NCBI GenBank assembly: GCA_050250895.1 | Contig: JBFWNU010000010.1 | Coordinates: forward strand, 96,001 to 160,000 | Source of the DNA: Vulcanimicrobiota bacterium | GTDB lineage: Bacteria; Vulcanimicrobiota; Xenobia; Xenobiales; JADMJV01 | Direction: 5' to 3' | Length of the DNA: 64,000 nucleotides | In this document: positions 55,149 to 64,000 of the stretch, piece by piece | Layout: the number at the start of each line of letters is the position of its first letter | How positions within the stretch are numbered: position 1 is the stretch's first letter | The notes under the pieces: generated by a model | Databases searched by the model: none | What the model saw: only the letters and a program-made list of their open reading frames with translations | What the model was told of the DNA's origin: nothing | Position numbers and translations under genes: made by a program

Positions 55149-56668
55149 GCCTGGCTGGCGAACTGACTTTGCGGGTGCGAGCCCGGTCTTGCCTGATCGT
55201 GGTGGTCAGCCGCGAGGAAGAGAGGGTGGCCAACCTGCTGGCCGAGGCCTGTCTGGAGATGAATGCGGGCCTGGTGCAATGGGACGTGGCCGGCGGTTTC
55301 CAGACCAGGATGGGCCCGGCACTCGAGGCCAACGCCGCCGACCCCCGCAAGGCGCTCGAGGCCATCAAGGCCAGTCGCCAAGTCAAGCGAGCCGTGCTGT
55401 TGCCCGATTTCCACGATCTCTGGACCAACCCTCAGCTCAAGCGCATGCTCAAGGCCTTGACTCACGACCTGCGGCAGGGGCAGACGACCCTGGTGGTCAC
55501 GCTGCCGTCCCGGACCATCCCCGAAGAACTGGTGGACGAAGCGGTGGTGCTCGAGTTGCCTCCTCCCGACCGAGACGAGCTGGACAGGTTGCTGACCACC
55601 CTCACCAGTGGCTGTCGGGTCGAATTGACCAGCCTTGGTCGTGACAAGCTGCTGACGGCGGCGCTGGGCTTGACCATGGCCCAGGCCCGCCGGGTCTTCG
55701 CCAAGGCCATCGTCAACGACGGCGTGCTCGACGACCGAGACATCGAGCTGGTCCAGCAAGAGAAGCGACAAATCATTCGCGAGAGCGGCGCCCTCGAGTT
55801 TTTGCCGCCCCTGGCCGACGCCGCCTGGGTGGGCGGCCTGGACGTGCTCAAAGACTGGCTGCGTCTGCGCGAGCGGGCCTTTACGGCCGAAGCCAGGGAA
55901 TATGGCCTGCCCGCCCCCAAGGGCGTGGCCCTGGTGGGCATCCCGGGCACCGGCAAGAGCCTGACCGCCAAGATGGTGGCCGCTCTCTGGAAGGTGCCCC
56001 TGTTGCGGCTTGACGTGGGGGCGCTGTTCGGCGGGCTGATGGGTCAGTCTGAAGAGCGCACCCGACAGGCCCTGGCTCTGGCTGAAACGGTGGCTCCCTG
56101 CGTGCTCTGGATCGACGAGATCGAGAAGGCCACCCAGGCCAACGAGATGGGCACCGGCACCACTCAGCGCGTCATCGGCACCATTTTGACCTGGATGCAA
56201 GAGAAGACAGCCCCCTGCTTCGTGGTGGCCACGGCCAACGACGTGGCGAAGATCCCCGCCGAGCTGATGCGGCGCGGGCGCTTCGACGAGATTTTCTTTC
56301 TCGACCTACCCACTCACGACGAGCGCCGTCAGATCTTCTCGGTGCACCTGCAACAGCGCCACCGTCTGAGCGCCAACTACGACCTCGAAAGGCTGGCCGG
56401 CGCCAGCCAGGGCCTGGTGGGAGCCGAACTCGAGCAAGCCATCGTCGAGGCCATGTATACAGCCTTCAATCACGACCGCGAGTTCACCAGCGACGACATC
56501 GTGAGCGCGCTCGAACGCCTGGTGCCGCTGTCGGTGTCGTGTCGCGAGACGGTCGAATACTTGCGCGGCTGGCTGCAAGAAGGCCGGGCCCAGTCGGCTT
56601 CGTTTCGCGAGAATCGCGAGGCCAGCGTCAACTTCGTGCCCCTGCCGAGCCCGTTCTCGAGCAACTAG
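55145..56668 (+). CDS. Ycf46-like AAA+ ATPase
   Basis: [31 protein letters not shown] and [10 protein letters not shown]; ATGA overlap with the radical SAM gene. Confidence 0.9.
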   Translation: MSLAGELTLRVRARSCLIVVVSREEERVANLLAEACLEMNAGLVQWDVAGGFQTRMGPALEANAADPRKALEAIKASRQVKRAVLLPDFHDLWTNPQLKRMLKALTHDLRQGQTTLVVTLPSRTIPEELVDEAVVLELPPPDRDELDRLLTTLTSGCRVELTSLGRDKLLTAALGLTMAQARRVFAKAIVNDGVLDDRDIELVQQEKRQIIRESGALEFLPPLADAAWVGGLDVLKDWLRLRERAFTAEAREYGLPAPKGVALVGIPGTGKSLTAKMVAALWKVPLLRLDVGALFGGLMGQSEERTRQALALAETVAPCVLWIDEIEKATQANEMGTGTTQRVIGTILTWMQEKTAPCFVVATANDVAKIPAELMRRGRFDEIFFLDLPTHDERRQIFSVHLQQRHRLSANYDLERLAGASQGLVGAELEQAIVEAMYTAFNHDREFTSDDIVSALERLVPLSVSCRETVEYLRGWLQEGRAQSASFRENREASVNFVPLPSPFSSN

Positions 56669-56826
56669 GGCCTGTCAGGGATTAAGAGTAGCATTCCGGG
56701 CGCTGAGGCGCCCCTGTGGCAAGGCGCGTCTGACCGCGCATATCGGCAATATGTAAGGGAAGCGCAACGCAGCCACAGGGGATGGATCGGAGCCCCGAAT
56801 GCACGAGTTATGTCCTGACAGGCCCT
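56667..56826. mobile_element. MITE-like element (~160 bp) with 13-bp terminal inverted repeats
   Basis: AGGGCCTGTCAGG (56667-56679) and CCTGACAGGCCCT (56814-56826); nested CCCCTGTGGC/GCCACAGGGG; fills the whole gap between two stop codons. Confidence 0.7.
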
Positions 56827-58280
56827 TAGAGCAGTTCGAAGTCTTCGATGGCGATGTCGGAGGGCCCGGCCTCGACGATGGGGGCCGATTGCGTGGCCAG
56901 TTCTACCTCGAAGCGACCCTGAAAGGCGATGACCTCGGCCACGAAGTGCCAGTTGCGCTCCCAGCCGTGCTCACAGAGTCCTTCTCCGATCCAGTCATAG
57001 AGCAGGTCGTAGACCCCCAGCGAACAGGGCGAGGCCAGATCCCGCACGGCATGCAGCGACACCTCGCGGCCGCGGGCGATGGCCACCAGTTCGTGGTGCG
57101 GACACAACTGGGCGCAAGTCACCCGTCGGCGCTCGTCGCCATGAAGTTCGCCCAGCATGCTGGCCTTCTTCTGCCGGCCCGAGGCGATCGTTTCGGCCTG
57201 GAGCTGACTGGTGCGCACCTCCCAGCGGCGCTGGTCGATGCAGAGGTAGCCATCCTCGAAATAGACCTGGTTGCCTCCGGGTAGCTCGAACTGGCTCCAG
57301 TGGCTCCACTGGGCCGCCAGCACCAGGACTCGGGTCGGGCCCACGACGGCCACCGCTCCCCGCGAGCCCTCGCCACCCACCACTTTGAGGATGGGCTCAC
57401 CCAGACTGATACGCTGGTCGGGTTTGCCGACCCAGAAGTTCTCTCCCTCTGCGATGACCAGATCGTGGTCGTTGGCCACCGCGTAGAGGGCGTTCGAGGC
57501 GCACTTGCCGAGCAGCTCTGGCCTGGCGAAGGTCCGCCAACGATAGACCTGGCCGTTGGCCAGGCGCACGGCCAGGGTGCGACCGTCGTGGTTGAAGCGA
57601 AGCCCGGCCACCCGTCGGGGGAACCCATGCTGATTGCGCACGATAGGGTAGGGCAGATAGCGGCCGTCGGCTTGAGGGCAAAGTTCGGTCAGGCGGTGGA
57701 AAAAGTCCCGGTCGGCCGGGCCGGCCGGCTCGAACTCGCGCTCGACCAGATGCTTGACGATGAGGGCGGCGGCGGCTGGTGAAGCCTGTCTGAGCAGCCG
57801 GTAGGCGCTGTGGTCGTCGACCATCTCCAGGCGGGTGCGCACTTCATCGAGGCCGAGGTCGTTCGAGAGACCTTCGCTGCGACTATCATCGAGGGCGGCC
57901 AGCAACTCGGGGCGACCGAGCTTGCGCAACTGACTGAGCACTTGCCGGCGCACCTCCAGGGGGGCCTGCCGATAGGCCTGTCCCAGCAGCTTGCCGCCTT
58001 CGAAGTCGAGCCGGTCGTAAGCCTTTTCGCGCCCGAGCAGAAAGAGCACCAGAGCGGTGCGGTGGGGCGGCAGCTGGCCGGCGGCCAGAGTGCCCTCGAG
58101 TTCGCGGCAGTCCATGGCCTTTTTCGGCCAGAAGCCTCGTTTGGAAGCCTCTGGCTTGACGCGCCAATCGGGAGGAGACGGACTGGCCGTCAGGACAGGG
58201 GGGGCGTTTTTGGTTACAGCGGCCGTGGGTTCGCGAGGGCGGTCTAGAGAGGTGAACCAGTTGGCTATCGCCTTGAACAT
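56826..58280 (-). CDS. Hypothetical protein with helical N-half and degenerate WD40-like C-half
   Basis: VAGLRFNHDGRTLAV blade motif; C-terminal DIAIE; TATGCT 6 nt upstream of the ATG. Confidence 0.6.
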   Translation of the reverse strand: MFKAIANWFTSLDRPREPTAAVTKNAPPVLTASPSPPDWRVKPEASKRGFWPKKAMDCRELEGTLAAGQLPPHRTALVLFLLGREKAYDRLDFEGGKLLGQAYRQAPLEVRRQVLSQLRKLGRPELLAALDDSRSEGLSNDLGLDEVRTRLEMVDDHSAYRLLRQASPAAAALIVKHLVEREFEPAGPADRDFFHRLTELCPQADGRYLPYPIVRNQHGFPRRVAGLRFNHDGRTLAVRLANGQVYRWRTFARPELLGKCASNALYAVANDHDLVIAEGENFWVGKPDQRISLGEPILKVVGGEGSRGAVAVVGPTRVLVLAAQWSHWSQFELPGGNQVYFEDGYLCIDQRRWEVRTSQLQAETIASGRQKKASMLGELHGDERRRVTCAQLCPHHELVAIARGREVSLHAVRDLASPCSLGVYDLLYDWIGEGLCEHGWERNWHFVAEVIAFQGRFEVELATQSAPIVEAGPSDIAIEDFELL

Positions 58281-58319
58281 GCCATAAGCATAGCCGGGGG
58301 GGGCACGTGATGTCTGTGA

Positions 58320-59846
58320 TCAGGCTAACTTTACCACCGGGTAGCGATCCAGCACCCAGAGGTTGGTGACCAGGTCCAGCGCGCTGACCACCAGGCGCTT
58401 GCGCTCGTCGATGGCAAATTCGACCTGGAAACGGCGCTGGCCGTAGGCAGCCGGCGGGTCGGCCAGCAAGAAGGTGGGAGCCTCTTCGTTCATCCAGAAG
58501 CGACTTCGCCGCTCGGCCTCGCCGGCCTCGACCTGACGGAGTCGGGCCCCGCCGTTGCCGTCAAAGACCAGCTCGGTGGCCTGGCGCGGCCGGGCCCGCG
58601 ACATCTCGAAGATAGCCAGGCCGAGCTGACGCTGACCCTCATAGTTGGCCTTGACCACCATACGGGCCACCGGCCCCTCGGTTGGATAGGTGGTGCCGGG
58701 CTTGACCAGGGTCTGAAAATGCTCCTTCTCGCTGGCCGGATCGACCCAGCGAATAGCATACTCGTGCTGGATATGGTCGAACAGCTCGCCGCCGCCCAGC
58801 CAGGTAGCCGCCCCCAGGGCCACCGCCTGCATGGGGTTGTCGAGGCGCACCCGCGAGGCGCCGAAGATGCGCTTGACCTGACTTTGCACGGCCGGGATCA
58901 GGCTCGAGCCGCCGACCATGAAGACGGCCATCACCTGGTCTTCGTCATAGCCCCGCTCGCGCGAGGCGGCCAGGGCCCGACGAATGGTGCGGTCGATGGC
59001 GGCAAAGCCATCCCTTTCCTCAACCAGGCGCTCGAAACCGGCTCGGTCGAGTGAAAAGCCCAAGGCTTTGCCGGTGGCCGGGTCGACCAGGCTCAGCTCG
59101 CTTCGCTCCACTTTGGACAATCGTTCCTTGAGTCCCTCGCATTCGGCCAGCAGGGCCGCGCTCAGCGAGACCACGGTGGGGTGGTCGGGAGTGAGATGGT
59201 GATGGGCCAGCACCGCCTCATAGAGCCAGCCGTCGAGGGTGGCCCCGCCCAACTCTTCGCCGGCCTTACCCAGCACGCGGCAACCGTTCTCTTCTACCCG
59301 CACTACCGACACGTCGAGGGTGCCGCCGCCGAAGTCAAAGACCAGGTAGACATGGCCCCGCTGGGCATTGACCTGATAGCCCAGGGCGGCGGCGCTGGCT
59401 TCGTCGAGCAGACGCAGACGCGGGCAGTCGGCCCGTTCGGCCACTTCGGCCAGCCAGTTCTCGTAGAACTCGAACGATTCCACCGGCACCGTGAAGGCGA
59501 CCTCGCCGCCTTCGCTGCCCAGTTCGCTCAGGCCGCTGCGCAACACCGTCTCGAGAAAATCGCCAGCGGCCTGGGCCACGCTGATGGTGCGGTCGGCGAT
59601 GCGTCGCTTGATGGGGCTGCGGTGGAGCAGATAGCGCTTGAGCCAGCGAAAAGTGTGAGGATGGTGCAGCAGATTGCGGCTTCTGACTTGCTGACCCAGC
59701 CAGCGGCGCCCCTCGGCTTGATAGTGCAGCAGCGAGGGCACCACCCCGTCGAGGCTGTAGTCGGGCAGTTGCAGGACCTGAGTCTGGTCGCGGTGCCAGT
59801 GGGCCAGCACCGTGTTCGAGGTGCCAAAGTCGACAGCCAGGCTCAA
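58320..59846 (-). CDS. Atypical Hsp70-family protein
   Basis: AVDFGTSNT, DEASAAALGY, VFDFGGGTLD, LGGATLD and MVGGSSLIP; TTG overlaps the upstream stop; no canonical DnaK lid. Confidence 0.88.
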   Translation of the reverse strand: MSLAVDFGTSNTVLAHWHRDQTQVLQLPDYSLDGVVPSLLHYQAEGRRWLGQQVRSRNLLHHPHTFRWLKRYLLHRSPIKRRIADRTISVAQAAGDFLETVLRSGLSELGSEGGEVAFTVPVESFEFYENWLAEVAERADCPRLRLLDEASAAALGYQVNAQRGHVYLVFDFGGGTLDVSVVRVEENGCRVLGKAGEELGGATLDGWLYEAVLAHHHLTPDHPTVVSLSAALLAECEGLKERLSKVERSELSLVDPATGKALGFSLDRAGFERLVEERDGFAAIDRTIRRALAASRERGYDEDQVMAVFMVGGSSLIPAVQSQVKRIFGASRVRLDNPMQAVALGAATWLGGGELFDHIQHEYAIRWVDPASEKEHFQTLVKPGTTYPTEGPVARMVVKANYEGQRQLGLAIFEMSRARPRQATELVFDGNGGARLRQVEAGEAERRSRFWMNEEAPTFLLADPPAAYGQRRFQVEFAIDERKRLVVSALDLVTNLWVLDRYPVVKLA

Positions 59847-60322
59847 ATCGGCTCGACCCCCGCCGCCACCAGCACCTCTTCGCCAAAGGCCAGGCCGGGC
59901 ACCCGCACTCGAACCGGCGACCCGGTGGCCAGCTCGAGAGCAGCCAGGGGCCGGTGGCGATTGAGGTCGAAGGCGACTTCTTGCCCCACCTCGCCGACCC
60001 ACACCAGGCCCTGGGCCTCCAGCGTCGAGAAGATCCGTCTGACCACCGTCAGCACATCGGCGGCCGTGAACTGGCCACCCTCGACCAGGGCCGATTGCAG
60101 AGCCAGCTGGCAAAGGGCCGGACCCATGGCCTGCAGCAGCTCGCGCCGGGCGGATTCGGCCTGGCGAGGCCCCGCCTGGGCCAGCCGCCCCACCTCGGCC
60201 TCGAGGCCCGAGACCTTAGCGGCCAAATCCTGGGTTTCTAGACGCAGCTCACCCAGCTGGCGGGTGGCCTCGAGGTAATCCTGGCGGGGAACGGCGCCCA
60301 GTAGGCGGTGGAGCCACTGCAT
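59843..60322 (-). CDS. GrpE-like protein
   Basis: Coiled coil, then GEVGQEVAFDLNRH...VRVRVPGL...LVAAGV. Confidence 0.75.
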   Translation of the reverse strand: MQWLHRLLGAVPRQDYLEATRQLGELRLETQDLAAKVSGLEAEVGRLAQAGPRQAESARRELLQAMGPALCQLALQSALVEGGQFTAADVLTVVRRIFSTLEAQGLVWVGEVGQEVAFDLNRHRPLAALELATGSPVRVRVPGLAFGEEVLVAAGVEPI

Positions 60323-60341
60323 GCCCGCTCTTTCGCCCATG

Positions 60342-60371
60342 AAAAAAGCCCGGCCTGCCGGCCGGGCTTTT
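60342..60371 (-). terminator. Intrinsic (bidirectional-type) terminator
   Basis: AAAAAAGCCCGGCC-TGCC-GGCCGGGCTTTT. Confidence 0.85.
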
Positions 60372-60383
60372 GGCAAGAGGCGC

Positions 60384-61685
60384 CTACTGAGTGATGCGCC
60401 AGTTGTCGGTGGCCACGCCCAGGAAATCGAACTGGGTGTTGCTCTCGAAGTCGATGCGCACCGTCTGGCCAGCGAAGGCCGAGATGTCGGCGGTGAACTG
60501 GGTCATCGGCGTCACCTGGGTGGGGGCGCCAGGGTCGGTGGTGAACAAAGTGGCCAGCACGGCATCGGTACCGGTGTTGCGCACGGTGACCCGCAGATAC
60601 TCGTTGGCGGCGTCGAACGGAAAATTGGTTCCCAGTTGATACTCCATTTGCCAGCGCAGCGTGGTGGCGTTGGCGGGAATGGCCACATCCTGGAACATGC
60701 GGGCCGTCGAGGCTTGATTCTCGCAGACGAACTGCAAGTCGGTGCCGTGAGTCGAGGTGAAGGTATGGGGGAAGAAGTTGGCCTGGAAGGTGTTGGCCTC
60801 GTTGGCCATGTTGAAGAAGTCGACCACCGCGTCACCGTTCATGATGGGAAGGCCGTTGGTGGTGATGCCCTGGGTTTTGCCGGCGACGGTGCCGGTCTGC
60901 TGCAGGGTCCAGCCGGTATAGTCGCCGGTCTCGAAGCTGCCGTTGGCCAGCACGTCGGTGACGTTGAACGGGTTGCTGGCGCCGTTGCCGCCGGTGACCG
61001 CGGCCACCAGCACGTAGCCGTTGCCGGCGTTGGAGATGCGCAGATTGTTGAAGGTGGCCACACCGTTGACGGTGGTGGCGGTGGTGGTGCCCTCGAGGGT
61101 CGCCCCGCCGGGGTTGGCGCCGAAAACGATGGTGACGGTGGCAGCGGTGTCGATCAGGTTGCCGAAGGCGTCGCGCACTTCGACCACCACGGCCGGGTTG
61201 ATAGCAAAGCCCGACAGCGTGTTGGTGGGCTGGGTGGTAAAGGTCACCTGGGTGCCGCCGGCCGGGGTGATGGTGAAGGGATTGCTCACCGCCGACAGCA
61301 GGCCGGGAGAAGTGGCCGTGAAGGTGTAGGTGCCAGCCAGGTTCACCGAAAGATTGTTGAAGGTGGCCACGCCGTTGACGGCGTTGACGGTGGTGGTACC
61401 CGCCAAAGTGGCTCCGTTGGGGGTGGTCAGGGCAAGGGTGATGGGATTGGTCGCCGTGGTCACTACCTGGCCGTCAAAGTCGAGCACGGCCACTTGAATC
61501 GGGCTAAAGGTGGTGCCAGCCACGCGGGCCACAGCCGTTTGAAAGGCCAGCCGCACGGGTGCGTCGTTGTTTTGGAAAGTGGTGGGCGGAAATTCATTGC
61601 CGTCACCGGTGCTGCCGGCGTCGCAGCCGGCCATGAAAAGTGCCAGGGCGACGGCCACCAGCACACCTAGAGTCTTCTTGAACAT
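60384..61685 (-). CDS. Surface lipoprotein with two Ig-like repeats and a jelly-roll/CBM-like C-terminal domain (copy 1)
   Basis: Lipobox MAGC; NGVATFNNL twice; LANGSFETGDYTGW and DISAFAGQTVRI...DNWRI. Confidence 0.85.
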   Translation of the reverse strand: MFKKTLGVLVAVALALFMAGCDAGSTGDGNEFPPTTFQNNDAPVRLAFQTAVARVAGTTFSPIQVAVLDFDGQVVTTATNPITLALTTPNGATLAGTTTVNAVNGVATFNNLSVNLAGTYTFTATSPGLLSAVSNPFTITPAGGTQVTFTTQPTNTLSGFAINPAVVVEVRDAFGNLIDTAATVTIVFGANPGGATLEGTTTATTVNGVATFNNLRISNAGNGYVLVAAVTGGNGASNPFNVTDVLANGSFETGDYTGWTLQQTGTVAGKTQGITTNGLPIMNGDAVVDFFNMANEANTFQANFFPHTFTSTHGTDLQFVCENQASTARMFQDVAIPANATTLRWQMEYQLGTNFPFDAANEYLRVTVRNTGTDAVLATLFTTDPGAPTQVTPMTQFTADISAFAGQTVRIDFESNTQFDFLGVATDNWRITQ

Positions 61686-61772
61686 TTCTACCCCCTCGGG
61701 AATGATGAAGCGCGCCCTTCGCGGCTATCAGGTGTCAGGCCTGCCTCGGCTCTTTGTGACAGCTTGAGGCAA

Positions 61773-61810
61773 AATAAAACAGCCCGGTTCGCAAACCGGA
61801 CTGTTTTATT
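61773..61810 (-). terminator. Intrinsic terminator between the lipoprotein paralogues
   Basis: AATAAAACAG-CCCGGTT-CGCA-AACCGGA-CTGTTTTATT. Confidence 0.8.
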
Positions 61811-61825
61811 AGGCTGGCGAATCGA

Positions 61826-63130
61826 CTATTGGGTGATGCGCCAGTTGTCGGTGGCCACACTCAGGAAGTCGTTCTGGGTGTTGCTTTCGAAGTCGATGCG
61901 CACGGTCTGGCCGGCAAAGGCCGAGATGTCGGCGGTGAACTGGGTCATCGGCGTCACCTGGGTGGGGGCGCCGGGGTCGGTGGTGAACAGGGTGGCCAGC
62001 ACGGCATCGGTGCCGGGGTTGCGCACGGTCACCCGCAGATACTCGGTGGCGGCGTCGAACGGAAAATTGGTCCCCAACTGATATTCCATTTGCCAGCGCA
62101 GGTTGGCGGCGTTGGCGGGAATGGCCACATCCTGGAACATGCGGGCGGTCGAGGGATCGCCTTCGCACACGAACTGAAGATTGGTGCCATGGGTCGAGGC
62201 GAAGGCGTGAGGGAAGAAGTTCGGCTGCAAGGTGCTGGCGGCTTCGTTGGCCATGTTGAAGAAGTCGAACACTGCGTCACCGAGGTTGACGGTGGTGCCG
62301 TTGGTGGTGATGGCCTGGGTCTTGCGGGCGACGGTGCCGGTCTGCTGCAGGGTCCAGCCGGTGTAGTCGCCGGTCTCGAAGCTGCCGTTGGCCAGCACGT
62401 CGGTGACGTTGAACGGGTTGCTCGCGCCGTTGCCACCGGTGACCGCGGCCACCAGCACGTAGCCGTTGCCGGCGTTGGAAATGCGCAGGTTGTTGAAGGT
62501 GGCCACTCCGTTGACGGTGGTGGCGGTGTTGGTGCCCTCGAGGGTGGCCCCGCCGGGGTTGGCGCCGAACACGATGGTGACGGTGGCGGCGGTGTCGATC
62601 AGGTTGCCGAAGGCGTCGCGCACTTCGACCACCACGGCCGGGTTGATAGCAAAGCCCGACAGTGTGTTGGTGGGCTGGGTGGTAAAGGTCACCTGGGTGC
62701 CGCCGGCCGGGGTGATGGTGAAGGGGTTGCTTACCGCCGACAGCAGGCCGGGAGAAGTGGCGGTGAAGGTGTAGGTGCCGGCCAGGTTCACCGAAAGATT
62801 GTTGAAGGTGGCCACGCCGTTGACGGCGTTGACCGTGGTCGTGCCCGCCAAAGTGGCCCCGTTGGGGGTGGTCAGGGCAAGGGTGATGGGGTTGGTAGCC
62901 GTGGTGACCACCTGGCCGTCAAAGTCGAGCACGGCCACTTGGATCGGGCTAAAGGTGGTGCCAGCCACGCGGGCCACAGCCGTTTGAAAGGCCAGCCGCA
63001 CGGGTGCGTCGTTGTTTTGGAAACTGGTGGGCGGAAATTCATTGCCGTCACCAGTGCTGCCGGCGTCGCAGCCGGCCATGAAGAGCGCCAGCACACATAG
63101 GGCTAGCGTCAGAATACTTCGTTTCAACAT
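61826..63130 (-). CDS. Surface lipoprotein, near-identical paralogue (copy 2)
   Basis: Same architecture as copy 1; GGAGG RBS upstream. Confidence 0.85.
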   Translation of the reverse strand: MLKRSILTLALCVLALFMAGCDAGSTGDGNEFPPTSFQNNDAPVRLAFQTAVARVAGTTFSPIQVAVLDFDGQVVTTATNPITLALTTPNGATLAGTTTVNAVNGVATFNNLSVNLAGTYTFTATSPGLLSAVSNPFTITPAGGTQVTFTTQPTNTLSGFAINPAVVVEVRDAFGNLIDTAATVTIVFGANPGGATLEGTNTATTVNGVATFNNLRISNAGNGYVLVAAVTGGNGASNPFNVTDVLANGSFETGDYTGWTLQQTGTVARKTQAITTNGTTVNLGDAVFDFFNMANEAASTLQPNFFPHAFASTHGTNLQFVCEGDPSTARMFQDVAIPANAANLRWQMEYQLGTNFPFDAATEYLRVTVRNPGTDAVLATLFTTDPGAPTQVTPMTQFTADISAFAGQTVRIDFESNTQNDFLSVATDNWRITQ

Positions 63131-63245
63131 TTTCGGATCCCCTCCGTGGAACTAATCGCGGGCGATTAGACATGGCCTGAGCTCTCTCCTGCCGAACTGA
63201 CACAGCACCCAGGAATCGTAACAACCTTTTGATAAAATACCCTTT

Positions 63246-63662
63246 ATGGCACGCTGGGCAAAGCAAGGCGCCACCCTGGCCGAGGTGATGATCGGGTTGC
63301 TGGTCTTCGCGATTTTCACTTTGGCCATTACGGCCACCCTGATTCAGGCCGCCCGTCTCGAGCAAAAGGAAGAAGAGAACACCCACGTCACCTTTGTGGC
63401 TCAGCGCCTGGTCGAACAGAGAGTCGATCAGGCCCGTAGCCTGGCCGGCTACGCCAATTTGGCCGACGTGCCTTTGTCGCCCGCTCCCGAGAACGGCTTT
63501 CTCTACCAGCAAGAGGTAGTCGAGTTGACGCCGGGGTTAAAGAAGATCACGGTGTCCCTGTTTTTTGCCGACCGCGAGAATCCGGCCGTGGTCGATGCCG
63601 GCCGTCCCCGCGGTGGAGAGGCACTCACCCTGGGCGTGACGGTAGGCGAGCCCCACCCGTGA
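63246..63662 (+). CDS. Prepilin-type N-terminal cleavage/methylation domain protein (minor pilin-like)
   Basis: KQG-ATLAEVMIGLLVFAI class III signal with Glu at +5. Confidence 0.8.
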   Translation: MARWAKQGATLAEVMIGLLVFAIFTLAITATLIQAARLEQKEEENTHVTFVAQRLVEQRVDQARSLAGYANLADVPLSPAPENGFLYQQEVVELTPGLKKITVSLFFADRENPAVVDAGRPRGGEALTLGVTVGEPHP

Positions 63663-64000
63663 AGCGCGGTTTTTCCATCGTCGAAGTGATGGTGGCCGCT
63701 GGCCTTTTTCTGATTCTCATGACCCTGGCCTGGGGCGGCTTCAGCGTGCTCAATCGGGGCGGCGAGGGCTTGCGGGCCAGCAGTGAGCCGCGCCAACAGT
63801 TGCGGGTCCTGCTGGCCAATCTGCAAAACGATCTCCGCATGGCCTCCTATATCTACCCGGCCGATACCTACACCATTTTAGGGCAGAGCCTCACGACGCC
63901 GGCCACCGGGGGCACGGCCCGGGCCCTGGTCTTTGCCGTGCCCGAGAACAGCACCCCGCCGCTCACTTACAAGGTGTGTACCGTCTTCGCCCGGCCCCGC
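63659..64000 (+). CDS. Second prepilin-like protein, 3'-truncated by the window edge
   Basis: GTG overlapping the previous TGA; KRG-FSIVEVMVAAGLFL; frame open to the end of the window. Confidence 0.8.
   Translation, partial: MKRGFSIVEVMVAAGLFLILMTLAWGGFSVLNRGGEGLRASSEPRQQLRVLLANLQNDLRMASYIYPADTYTILGQSLTTPATGGTARALVFAVPENSTPPLTYKVCTVFARPR

Noticed and set aside
58320-60322. Housekeeping dnaK-grpE operon
   Set aside because: The Hsp70 is about 508 aa with a non-canonical C-terminus, the GrpE is divergent, and hrcA and dnaJ are absent.
60321-63100. Long plus-strand ORFs 60321..61670 and 61829..63100, and similar antisense ORFs such as 11979..13325, 20585..21460 and 39866..41110
   Set aside because: They are shadow ORFs on the antisense strand of well-supported high-GC genes and have no recognisable motifs.

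Overview
High-GC bacterial chromosomal window with about 55 protein-coding genes and no rRNA, tRNA or true CRISPR array. The radA-PIN/TRAM-ispD block is Terrabacteria-like. The pilin-like domain family and the low-complexity N-terminal extensions suggest Eremiobacterota/Vulcanimicrobiota, which is an inference only. Recognisable modules: cstA; a TetR gene with a perfect palindromic operator; a TRAP transporter operon containing a GH31 glycosidase; VapBC and MNT-HEPN toxin-antitoxin pairs; a hybrid kinase with two transmitter modules; an acyl-CoA ligase-MFS pair; a MalT-like/BTAD activator followed by a PHA synthase cluster; preT-preA; a fabG-like SDR; radA-yacL-ispD; a CHAT protease; a DUF1257-DUF2997-radical SAM-AAA operon facing a GrpE-Hsp70-WD-like operon; two tandem paralogue pairs; and pilin-like genes at the right edge. 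The most notable non-annotated signals are: (i) a TGYRAC-N5-TGYRAC direct repeat (11-bp period) upstream of four scattered lipid/PHA transcription units, a candidate regulon of the BTAD activator; (ii) an HNH-nuclease locus with a recurring CTTCCAGCTGGAAG palindrome, a structured leader, a convergent 23-aa acidic peptide gene and a ~119-nt structured RNA candidate; (iii) a 900-bp compound palindromic repeat array; (iv) TAnnnT located exactly 6 nt before at least 11 start codons, indicating leaderless mRNAs; and (v) two intergenic hairpin/MITE-like elements. All family assignments come from motif recognition by eye; no database searches were run.
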